A DNA stretch of 64,000 nucleotides from an uncultured Chloroflexia bacterium (GTDB lineage: Bacteria > Chloroflexota > UBA6077 > JACCZL01). Location of the stretch: positions 1 through 64,000 of the forward strand of contig CAVXYC010000026.1 of NCBI GenBank assembly GCA_963765765.1. The letters run 5' to 3'. Of this stretch, positions 23,101 to 32,596 are shown one piece after another. Numbering within the stretch: the first letter of the stretch is position 1; each line of letters begins with the position of its first letter. Made by a program: the position numbers and the translations under genes. A model generated the notes under the pieces. That model had not been told where the DNA came from. It saw only the letters and a list, made by a program, of their open reading frames with translations, and did not search any database.

Positions 23101-23345
23101 TCATCGATGGAGCCAATGGGCAATTAGCGGCGCTCCACGCCGTGCTCACGTCGAATGACTACACCCTCGCCGCGGTACCCGCGCCCGCCGGTGCAGTGAT
23201 CGTGCAAGAGGTCTACGCCGACACCGCGATCTACACAGGCAACCACGGAGCCATCACCATCGGAGCCGGGGCGCAGCCGGTAATCATCGAGCAAACGGTG
23301 CGTGCCTTCGCCTCCGCTGCGAACCTCGAGGTCAACATTCAATAG
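20114..23345 (+). CDS. DUF6519-domain tail-fibre-like protein (Afp13 position) with Ig-like and beta-helix C-terminus; frameshift near 20712
   Basis: 'MRGDFSRRTFDPRKHYSAVLQEQGRLLTDAD', 'TGLENQFYRVEV', 'SRENGSVV', 'HPKLRRWD', 'LERGIQVRF..G.Y.SGDYW.FPAR', 'DCRNLFPP'. Then a Big_1-like 'GGDGQ..PL.ARV..G..PV.GA.V.F' region and pectin-lyase-like repeats. Confidence 0.85.
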
Positions 23346-23449
23346 TTCTGGGACGAATCGCTGATCGCCCACGGATACAGGGAGATCGCCGAGGCGAGCC
23401 GAGACAATGAAGCAAACGGCGTCACACCGCCGCTCGCTTAGCCCTTGAA

Positions 23450-24150
23450 TAATGAGTCGAAACCTATTCTTCTGCGAATATTGTTCGTATTTGGTACTAG
23501 GAGCTGGAATCCACGCGGGGAGATCGATCAGGAATCGGTGCTTCCGACCGATCTGCACCGCATCATTGTTGTCGTCCCGGGCGAGCTGCACCAACCCGCG
23601 CAAAGCGATCGTCTGGTAGATCTCGCGCCGATTGGCGGCGGAGCAGGCCTGGAACTTGGATCCGAGTGTCTGACCGAACGCCATGAGGGTTTCGATCGAC
23701 TTTGCGGAGGCTCCCGCGGCCTGAGTGCGCTCGAGCTAGTCGCGCGTTCCCGCTACAGTCGATTCAGATCACCTCGCATTGTTCCGTCTGCTGGCGCAGG
23801 AACTTGGAAAGCTTCGATCCGCGGCGCTCGTCTGTGAGCTGCGCCGCGTAGTGGTGAATCTTGCTGCGGAGCTTCCAGGATCTCCCAGTCAAGAGCCGCG
23901 ATGCGTCGTGTCGTCTCGTCGGGGGCTCGGCCGATCTGGCGAAACGTCGTTGCGACCTCTTCGGCTCGAGCGCCGCGGTGCAGAACGACTTCCAGACGAG
24001 CCCCTCCACCCATCGGCAGCCACCCATTGGAAGCACACAGACCGGGATATCCTGCAATGGCCGCGCGTGACCGCTCATGGGGCATACCCGCGTAGTAACA
24101 GTGACGGTTGCTTAGAACGGAGGAAAGCTTCCCCAACAGTGAGCGCAGGC
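23450..24150 (-). pseudogene. Possible degraded C-terminal part of a large serine recombinase
   Basis: Fragments in different minus frames: 'CRWVEGLVWKSFCTAALEPKR' (resembles the post-zinc-ribbon E..VW..L..P motif), coiled-coil 'TTRRIAALDWEILEA', and 'ANRREIYQTIALRGLV'. Weak resemblance only. Confidence 0.3.
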
Positions 24151-24596
24151 GAGGCGGCCGCGGTGATCGCGGCATCCGCGACCGTTCTCGAATCGGGATC
24201 GCCGGCGTCTGCGGAGCCTTCTGGAATCGGCGTCACACACGTGCACCAGGATGGTCTCTCTTAGATCCACCGACCGTATGAGCCAGCGGAAGCAAACCGC
24301 CTCAGCGAGGCGTTCAGCAAGACGTTGTCTGCTGAGCAGCGTGCTCTCTACAGCGAACTTGACGAAGTCCAAAACCTCGGGATCGATCACCAGGTGGATG
24401 ACTTCGTGGAGGAGCTAGCGCCATTTCCCCGAATTCGCTCCGACGATTTGGTGTGTCGCCTGGCATGTCGTCGATACAGCAGTGCCGAAGAGGGCACTTG
24501 CTGTGAGCACAAGTGGCCTGACGGTCAGCCCTGCCCGCATCCTGGAGGCCCCAAAGCGACCGAAGCCCCCGGTTCTTGTGGCCCGGTTGAGCATCA

Positions 24597-25192
24597 CTAA
24601 AACGACGCGACGATCTTCGCCTTTAGCGTCTCATACTCAGCCTCTGAGATGAGTCCTTGATCGACCATCGCTTTCGCCTTTGCGAGCTTTTCGACAGGGT
24701 CATCCGGGATCCCGCTAGCCACAGCGGACTGCGGTTGCGCCATATGGATTCCACCGGCACGCGCACGCGCTTCTTCCAGCTCACGCACGCGTCGCTTCTC
24801 GCGCCACTCCTGCTCTTTCTGCTGGGCGATGCTGTAGAGTCGGCGCACCTGGCTCTTGTCGAGGCCTCCGATTCGAGCGCGCCTCCCGTCGGTCAGTTCA
24901 ACAGTCAGATCGGCGGCGATCATCCCCTCGCTGATGGAAACGTTCTTGATGTCCTCCCACTGGTAATCGGAGAAGTTCAGGCTCCCGAACATGCCCGGCC
25001 GATACAGGATGACGCGATTCGACGTCGCAACAGCGCAATCTTTTTTCATCGAGAGAGCGCTCCTGTTCTGCAGCACGATGAAAAGAATCTCTTCGTTCGG
25101 GGTGAGGATCGTTTGGACGTCACCCGCGACCTTGGCTAGTGCTTGGGGTCTTGATCGGAATCAACCTGTTGGATCGGGAGATCGTCAGCCAT
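24597..25192 (-). CDS. Bacterial PH-domain + SHOCT protein; frameshift near 25142
   Basis: ATG at 25192 (MADDLPIQQVDSDQDPK) joins 'ILTPNEEILFIVLQ...AVATSNRVILYRPGMFG..FSDYQWEDIKNV'. C-terminal SHOCT 'DPVEKLAKAKAMVDQGLISEAEYETLKAKI'. Confidence 0.8.
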
Positions 25193-26045
25193 CGCGTGCT
25201 CCGGGGAATCAATGCGCGTATGTCGTCAGCGTAGCGTGCGCCCAACGCCGATGTCCAGAATCCGCGCGGGCTCAGCTCGAGCAGCATTGCCAGTGTTACC
25301 GATAGTTCTATGGCCGCCACCGCTGCCTCTCAAACTCCCGCGTAGATTGGACCGTGAGGGAGTCGGAGTTGTCCGCGGCTTATGCTGGGTGATGACGATG
25401 CTGGAAGAGCTGCGGGACTGGATCGATCTGCTGGGCGAGTGTATGGAGCTTCAGCACCATGGCATCCAGGTATTGGTACTGCGAGCACACAAAGCGTCGG
25501 AGCTCTTTGGACGTCACTGACTCTCGAGTTGGCGAAATCTGCTCAGTTGGAAAGTATGGTTCGCGGATCCACACGGCAACGTAGTCGACTGCGCTACGGG
25601 CAAGAACTTAAGCCTGGAGTACGCTTGATACTGGGCTACTGCGCGTCTCCGAGACCGCCTGCCTGGTCAGATCGTCCAACGCTTGGGCGGAGATACGCCC
25701 CCGCCGGGTCGCAACGGGTGCCGAATACAGTGACGTTTCGCTGGCGGGACGACACCATCGAGTCAACGGTTGATGACCCATGCAGGCATTGCAAAGGATG
25801 TCCCCTGTTAGTTCATCTCCCGCATGCTCTGGCCTACTTATCCCAGGCGTACAACCCCCGAGAGCTATGTAAATCTGACTTGCTGCGGATCTCTATTTGA
25901 ACGAGCGTGCTCTTGAGCCGCAAGCCGGGCACCGGACGGCTGCATCTTCTCCTGGTGGAGCATCCAGGCGGACACTGCAATCCTTACAGCACCGGGAGCC
26001 TTGCGACCGTCCGTCGCCTTTCTTGTAGATTCAGCCCGTGCCGAG

Positions 26046-26222
26046 TCATTTCTCGTCCTCGGCAAGCAACTCTCGCAACTGGTCGATCGTCAAGTCAGTC
26101 TGGACAAAGTCTCCGTCTGCCATGTAGACCTGAATGTACCCCTCCTGGACACGAAGCCGCGTAATCTGCTCCGGATTAATCCAGCGGTCGTTGCCCCGAT
26201 ACGGCAATGACAGAAGCTTCAC
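26046..26222 (-). CDS. Small (58 aa) FlbD-like / phage-type hypothetical protein
   Basis: Read by hand because it is below the ORF-track cutoff: GTG-KLLSLPYRGNDRWINPEQITRLRVQEGYIQVYMADGDFVQTDLTIDQLRELLAEDEK*. The 'INPEQI..I.M.DG...V..T.DQ' pattern resembles FlbD-family small proteins. Confidence 0.5.
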   Translation of the reverse strand: MKLLSLPYRGNDRWINPEQITRLRVQEGYIQVYMADGDFVQTDLTIDQLRELLAEDEK

Positions 26223-26703
26223 CGCTCACCGTCCTTTGATGTGGAGCCGTCGCCGTCGCCGTGGCCGCGGCTGGTCATGATGCGACGTCCATGACGTCCA
26301 TTAGGTCGTAAGTTGCCAAGAGCCCGTTACACACGGTGACCGACTCATTAACGACGTGTTGCAGATCGCCCATCACTTCTCCGTCCTCGTCGACGATTAT
26401 TGCTGAAACATTCAGGCGTGCCAGAAATTGGATTAGCACCAGCGATGGTCAGACCTGCCAGGGAAAGCACTTTTTAGGGCCATCGTCGGAAGTGAGCTGA
26501 TAGCGGCATAGGTTCGGGCTATCTTGGAATTGATATCGATCGTGCTTGTGCTCACTCGCCACTCCGCGTTGCAGGCATACGTTACTGCCGATGGACTGGT
26601 TTTCCGATGGGCGCAAACTTCGTGACAGGATACAAGTAGCCGCGAATTGGAATCGAATCTGCCTACCGCCGCAGCTCCGCCAGCATCGCCCGCGTCAACG
26701 TCG

Positions 26704-27414
26704 TCATGTTGCGGACTGACCCGAAGCTTCGGGGCCATTCGTCGGAATGCCTTCCGCGAGCCGGCCAAGGGTGAGAATCGCCTGCTTCAGTGACACACGG
26801 TCCGGATCGCCCGGCACGACCGGTCCCACCTCGCCCCGCGGCTGCTCAAGATACTCGTCCCAATCGATCAGCGCGATCTGGGCAACTCTAGATGCATTCA
26901 CGAGACGCTCGTACTCTTTACCAAATGCCGCGGCGGGCACGTGGTCGAAGTCGCCGCAGATCAGTCGCTTACGGAGATATTCGGCGGCGACGCGGACGCT
27001 GCTCTCCTCGGGCACCACGTGGCGACGCATATCGGGGTGTACGTCGGTCAGCTCATCCAAGAGATTCTCGAGTTCGTCGAGGTCGAACGGCTTGGCGAGT
27101 GCTGCATCGGCACGGAGTTTGGTCAGTTCACTGTGCGGGTCGGCTCGAGCCGAGGTGATCACTAGCTTGACACCGTGCAGCATGCGCTGCCGATCCGCCT
27201 CGGCTCGGAAGGCCCACCCATCCATCACTGGAAGCTTGAGATCCAGCAGGACGACATCAGGCCGCCATTGTTGGAGCAATTCGAGCGCTTCGAGACCGTC
27301 GGCCGAGCACTGCACGCGCCACCCCGTAGCGTGCAGGGCCGTGGCGATCGTGGTGCGCAGTTCGAACTCATCCTCGACGATGAGCAGGCTTCGCTCAGTT
27401 AGGCTATCGCGCAT
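26704..27414 (-). CDS. Response regulator receiver-domain protein with uncharacterised C-terminal extension
   Basis: 'LLIVEDE...DGLEAL...PDVVLLDLKLPVMDG...VITSA...LAKPFDLDEL'. Confidence 0.85.
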   Translation of the reverse strand: MRDSLTERSLLIVEDEFELRTTIATALHATGWRVQCSADGLEALELLQQWRPDVVLLDLKLPVMDGWAFRAEADRQRMLHGVKLVITSARADPHSELTKLRADAALAKPFDLDELENLLDELTDVHPDMRRHVVPEESSVRVAAEYLRKRLICGDFDHVPAAAFGKEYERLVNASRVAQIALIDWDEYLEQPRGEVGPVVPGDPDRVSLKQAILTLGRLAEGIPTNGPEASGQSAT

Positions 27415-28260
27415 AGCGCCTCACAGGTGCTGGAAATACAGGCGCGTACAGGGTACCTGAGTGTTCGGTTTCGGACAATGGTCGGGCCATCCAACCAGTC
27501 GTGATGATCCCCATTCTCAATGACGGTGGTTATAGAGGACGGCCATGCGACGGTTGGTATCGCACAACAGCTCCCAATCCTCTTGGGAGAGCAGCGCATC
27601 GCGAGCGAGTTGCATGCTGTGCACGGCGTCCGTCAGTTCATCGGTCAGGACGGTTTCTTCGCGGTTCTCGCCGGTGAAGTGCAAGTGAACGGTGTGCACT
27701 TCGGGTCTGATCCAGCTAACAGTTGGTGCTGATCACGCTGACGTTGTTGGGATAGCTGCGATCGGACCAGCAGGTCACTGGACGGCGGTTGATAGGGAAC
27801 ATCAGCGGCTCATCATTGACGGCCTCCATTGCCGTCTCAAGTCGCCGGTTTACCTTCGGGGGAGTGGTCAATCCAAGCCAGACTTTGAGTTGCGCGGTGA
27901 TTTGTTCCATACGCGCGCTGAAGTCCCGCGACACCGGGCACGCATCGGGATAGTGTGGTTGTGATTGAGTTGCCCAGCGATACCGAGATGAGGCTGTGAG
28001 ACCGATCTGCCTAGACCACAGCCTGGCTAAGGATAGGCTCGGAAGGCAGCTCGGAGTCCGTTCGGGGGAGTGCATGTGACCTGGCACGACCACATGGGCG
28101 CCTGCACTCCGGGCTGCTCACCCAGGCACTTCAGAATAGCAATCGCGTCGCGAGATCGCGTGTACAAATTGCACACGGCGATTCTGTCTCACGGTGGCTC
28201 GTCCTGCCATGCTGGAGCCGCCATGACGCGATCATCACTCGGGTTCCACCGCGGTCACGA

Positions 28261-28720
28261 TCATTGTCGGTGAATCAGCCCCTCGGCATACGTCGGATGA
28301 CGCCGCGGCTCCTGTGGCTGATTGAGCGTCACCAGTGATGGTTCTGACACTGGTATTGGGGACCGCTTCGCCCGTTCGACCAGGTAGTTGTAGAGATTCT
28401 GTTTGTACGACTCACGGGAGGTGACGGCGATCGCCGTGGCGAACCGCACATCATCACGCTCGCTCTCGCCACTGCCCGCAGCTATCCTGGATCGGTTTCG
28501 GCGTGATGCGCCGCTGGAACTTCAGCAGCTCGTTCGTAACAGTATTTGCAGCGGCCAGTGACGGGTTGACTCGAATACGACGCCCTTCGACCACGCGGAC
28601 CGTGTGCGCAATCAGCTCACACTGGGCTACGTACATGTTGCGCGTCTCCCAGCCCATCGAGATCGTTGTCCCACCCGTAATGGTGAGTGCGATCGGACGC
28701 AGCGCTCGCTTTCCGCACGC
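28261..28720 (-). pseudogene. Phage terminase large-subunit C-terminal (RNase H-like) fragment, disrupted
   Basis: 'PIALTITGG...ELIAHTVRVVEGRRIRVNPSLAAANTVTNELLKFQRRIT...GQWRE' then, after a frameshift, 'DDVRFATAIAV'. This resembles the 'L..EL..F.....WR...HDD...A.ALA' terminase-type nuclease tail. Confidence 0.5.
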
Positions 28721-29141
28721 AATAAGATGAACGAAGAGGAAGTGTCGCCATGTTGCACTAAGACGGTCGCTCGATCAGGCCTACGAACTATGAGTCCAAC
28801 AATACTTCTGCGAGTGCTGAGCACTAGCGACCTGATCCCGGTCCCGATGGAGTCAGCCGAACTGGTCTCCGACTCGTCGGCTATCTGAAGGAAGTCTGTC
28901 ACAAGCCGGGGCCCGCGCGGAACCGCAGCCGTCTGGCCCGCGTACTACATTCTTGCCGCCAGACTGCCAGGTGTGTCGTTGGCCCATCGATCTGTAGAGA
29001 CAGGGAAACGGTGGAGTATCGCGCTGTGCGTAGAACGTCGCTCCTCAATTCGAACTGGTTCAATATGAGGCGTATCAATCGGTGAGGATCATCCTTACTT
29101 CGAGAAGTACCAGCGTTCCCGAGAAGTAGCGGAAAGGCACC

Positions 29142-30617
29142 ATGTCCCAGGACGGAGAACACCTGCAGCGATCGGCACCAGTAATCCGACAGAGTGGCCG
29201 GATGCTCGCCGGCGCCCGGCCGGGTGATCGCCGTCTGCGCCTTCGTCGCCGACCGGATGCGATTTACATCCCAATTTCTCAGCAAGCCAGACAGCGACGG
29301 CGACGACATCCGGCGGTGGTGTTTGCCTATGGGTTCATCGGGCTGATACTGCTGGGCGCGGTGATCCTGACACTTCCTGTCTCGAGCGCCGCGGGTCTCT
29401 GGACTTCACCGCTGGATGCGCTTTTCACGGCTACTTCGGCTGTGTGCGTTACCGGATTGGTTGTAGTCGACACTGCCACCTATTGGAGCGGGTTCGGTCA
29501 GGTCGTGATCCTGCTCCTGATTCAGCTCGGCGGCTTCGGCTTCATGACCAGCTCGACCCTCCTCCATTTGCTGATGCGTCGAGAAGCCACGCTCCGTGAG
29601 CGCATCCTGCTGCGCGAATCACTCGGGGCGGGTGGCCTCGGCTCCATTCTCACTCTGGCCCGCCGGGCCATCGTCTTTACGCTAATAGTGGAGCTCGTGG
29701 GCGCAGCCGTATTGACTGTGAGCTTCTTGAGTGCGGTGGACGCACCCACCGCTCTGTGGTGGGGCCTGTTTCACGCCATCTCGGCGTTCAACAACGCAGG
29801 CTTCGATCTGACGGGCGAATTTCGAAGCCTGGTGCCATTCAATACCAACACCCCCATCCTCGTCTCAGTAGCCAGCCTGATATTGCTCGGTAGCATCTCC
29901 TACACGGTCATTGAAGACCTGGCCAAGTATCGGCGGTGGCACGTGCGCCTGACGCTCGACACAAAACTCGTGTTAGTGACAACACTGGGACTCATCACCT
30001 TCGGCACTGGCGGATTGTTGCTCACGGAATGGAACAATAGCCGCACCCTTGGCGGCATGGGGTTCGGGAACCAGTTGCTGAATGCGCTGTTCATGGCCAT
30101 CTCTCGGACCGCTGGATTCGCCTCTGTGGACGTAGCCGCGATCACTGAGAACGGGCTCATCCTGATGATGGCCCTGATGTTCGTGGGCGGCTCATCCGGG
30201 TCGACGGCCGGGGGGATCAAGGTTCAGACATTCAGCACTCTCCTCTTCGCAATAATTTCAACGGTACGCGGCACACAAGAGGTCGAGGCGTTCGGTAGAC
30301 GTGTGCCCCTGCCCTACGTGTTCCGCGCTCTGGCAGTGGCACTCCTGTCGTTAGCGTTCATCTTCCTTGGCTTCTTCCTACTGAATGCCACCGAGCCAGC
30401 GGGATTCCTCAGCGTGATGTTCGAGACGGTCTCGGCATTTGCCACGGTTGGGCTGTCCACTGGTATCACACCGGACACCACTCCAATCGGCCGCGTGATA
30501 CTCAGCTTGGGTATGTTCATTGGACGCCTGGGCCCGCTGACGCTGGTCCTGGCGCTGGCGACTCGGGAGCATGCGCGCACATATCATCGCCCCGAGGAAG
30601 GTGTCCGAATAGGGTGA
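29142..30617 (+). CDS. trkH: TrkH/KtrB potassium uptake membrane subunit
   Basis: Four pore motifs: TATSAVCVTGL, SAFNNAGF, SRTAGF, SAFATVGLS. Also 'GGSSGSTAGGIK'. Confidence 0.95.
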   Translation: MSQDGEHLQRSAPVIRQSGRMLAGARPGDRRLRLRRRPDAIYIPISQQARQRRRRHPAVVFAYGFIGLILLGAVILTLPVSSAAGLWTSPLDALFTATSAVCVTGLVVVDTATYWSGFGQVVILLLIQLGGFGFMTSSTLLHLLMRREATLRERILLRESLGAGGLGSILTLARRAIVFTLIVELVGAAVLTVSFLSAVDAPTALWWGLFHAISAFNNAGFDLTGEFRSLVPFNTNTPILVSVASLILLGSISYTVIEDLAKYRRWHVRLTLDTKLVLVTTLGLITFGTGGLLLTEWNNSRTLGGMGFGNQLLNALFMAISRTAGFASVDVAAITENGLILMMALMFVGGSSGSTAGGIKVQTFSTLLFAIISTVRGTQEVEAFGRRVPLPYVFRALAVALLSLAFIFLGFFLLNATEPAGFLSVMFETVSAFATVGLSTGITPDTTPIGRVILSLGMFIGRLGPLTLVLALATREHARTYHRPEEGVRIG

Positions 30618-30641
30618 CACCGAAGGAGATTAAGTAGTCAC

Positions 30642-31328
30642 ATGGCACGGACTCAGCAGGTCGCCGTTCTAGGCCTGGGTCGCTTCGGCTCAGCGGTTGC
30701 CAGGGAGCTTACGCGCCTCGGCCACGAGGTGCTCGCGATCGACTCGGATGAGCGGATCGTTCAGGAGATCGCAGAGGACGTGACTCATGCCGCGCAGGCG
30801 GACATCACGGATGACGCGGCATTGGAGGAGCTGGGCCTGGCGGAGTTTGACACCGCCATCGTGGCGATCTCCAGCAACCTTGAAGTGAGTATTCTGGCAA
30901 CCGTGCTTCTACGGCGGCTCGGGACACCGATCATCGTGGCTAAGGCGTCGAATCAGCTGCACGGGTCGATCCTCGCGCAGGTCGGAGCTACTCGGGTGGT
31001 TTATCCAGAGCATGACACCGGAGTGCGTGTCGCCCACAGTTTCGCGGCACCCGGTGTGCACGACTATTTGAGCGTTGCCCCCGGGTACGGCATCGCGTTG
31101 TTTGATGTGCCGAAGAGCTGGGTCGGCAAGACTATCGGGGAGCTCATTCAACAGGGATCGTCACGTGTGACGATCGTGGCCGTATCTCGGTCCAACTCGG
31201 TGACGATGAATCCCGACGCCTCGGAGGTGTTGCGCGCCGGTGACCAGATCGTCGTATCTGGCGTGGACGAGAGCCTCGAATCGGTGTGGGGCCGCGGTGG
31301 CAAACCCGATGGACCGATCGGCTCCTGA
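30642..31328 (+). CDS. trkA: TrkA/KtrA potassium uptake regulatory (RCK) subunit
   Basis: Rossmann 'VLGLGRFGSAVA', 'VVYPE' and a TrkA_C domain. AAGGAG RBS. Confidence 0.95.
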   Translation: MARTQQVAVLGLGRFGSAVARELTRLGHEVLAIDSDERIVQEIAEDVTHAAQADITDDAALEELGLAEFDTAIVAISSNLEVSILATVLLRRLGTPIIVAKASNQLHGSILAQVGATRVVYPEHDTGVRVAHSFAAPGVHDYLSVAPGYGIALFDVPKSWVGKTIGELIQQGSSRVTIVAVSRSNSVTMNPDASEVLRAGDQIVVSGVDESLESVWGRGGKPDGPIGS

Positions 31329-31329
31329 A

Positions 31330-31560
31330 GCTGTACGCGCCCACGTGGTTCGGCGAACTCCACGGTGGCCTCCTTGCCGACATCAAGGCCGGGCACCGTC
31401 CGCAACGACGAGTCATCGTCGACGAGAAGGCGCACTGCGAGGGCCGCGGACGCGGCAGCACCGTCGTTTTCACCGAGACCGTGACGTCATTCTTTCCGGG
31501 GTCGCAGTCATTCTGATCGGCGGGCCCCTTGACTTTACCTGGATCGAATTGGGTGCCAAG
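31330..31560 (-). pseudogene. CARDB-like Ig-domain gene fragment
   Basis: Across a frameshift: 'PGKNDVTVSVK-NDGAAASAALAVRLLVDD..LRTVPGLDVGKEATVEF', a CARDB-like pattern. Confidence 0.4.
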
Positions 31561-31795
31561 TCGGCGACCGCGGCACCGGATTTTTATCCGACAGCTGTGT
31601 TCGGCCGTCAAGCAACTGTCCTGGGCATTGAAGCTGTAGGCGCTGTTGACGACGGCTTGTAGCGCCGCTATCCAGGACGCGACGACCGTACCTTCGGCAG
31701 ATTCACTTGCGGTCGCGCAGCTCATAGACATTCACTTCAACACCAGTCGGATACATCTGACGCGACAACCGCGTTAGCTCGCTACAGCGTGAGCT

Positions 31796-32125
31796 TCACA
31801 CAGCGGGTGAGTCCTCGTAGTGTGGTTCCACATCGTCCGGAGTGGGGTCGGGGTCGCCCGACCGGAATCCTGCGATCTCACTCCGAACACCGCGTGAGTC
31901 GTACCAGACGACGAGGCACGCTTTGCTGCCGCAAATGTAGAACGGTCCCGATTCGCCGGGCAGGGTCAGCTCGACGCCGCCACCTCCACAGCGAGGACAC
32001 GGGAGAGCTGCCGCGCGTAGCACGCGCCCCGTACGCGTATTCATCGCCAGACCGCGTGTCGAGCGGTACACCTCGTTGGGCAGGCCGTGCTTATACCAGC
32101 CATAACGCTCCTCAGCCGCCGACAT
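31796..32125 (-). CDS. Hypothetical protein with CxxC...CxxxxC zinc-ribbon-like motif
   Basis: 'CPRCGG...FYICGSKAC'. GGAG upstream of the ATG. Confidence 0.5.
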   Translation of the reverse strand: MSAAEERYGWYKHGLPNEVYRSTRGLAMNTRTGRVLRAAALPCPRCGGGGVELTLPGESGPFYICGSKACLVVWYDSRGVRSEIAGFRSGDPDPTPDDVEPHYEDSPAV

Positions 32126-32596
32126 GACTACTCCGGCGCACTTCCATGCGCATAAATGAGTCCATTCGCAGTATGAGCCCAGTGATCGGCAGGGACGTCG
32201 TACGCTATTCCGAAAAGCGGCATTGAGCTGACGGTGACGTCTGGTCGTCCACCTGTCCCGCCGGTCCCCTCATCAGTTCTGGCTGCGTGCAACGACTCGG
32301 TTACATGAAACGCACAAAACATCTTTAGACACCCAAATGGCGAGGCCCGGCTGATCGCCTGAGCTCGTTGGCTGCGCCGACGTCGGGCGCGGTAATTTCC
32401 AACGACTTCGTCAGCCAACGTATGCCCCGAGACACCGAGGCGCGGTGCCATCTGACCTCTCCGATTGGGTGGAGGCCGTCGGATACTGAGCGCTGAAGGA
32501 CCCGGATAGCTCCACTCTCAATTTGAAGACGATGGTGGTGCGCTAATGGGTCACTCAAGGCTTAAGAACCGGAACTGCAAGAAAGAGAGTGATCTA

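Noticed and set aside
94-23345. Prophage tail module or T6SS
   Set aside because: No capsid, portal, integrase or lysis genes in the operon and no TssJ/L/M/K/ClpV. DUF4255, the Afp15-like ATPase and DUF4157 are eCIS hallmarks.
28900-29141. c-di-AMP (ydaO) riboswitch upstream of trkH/ktrB
   Set aside because: The conserved GCTGAATCC / GGGGTGAA / GACAGCTAAC-type elements are not visible.
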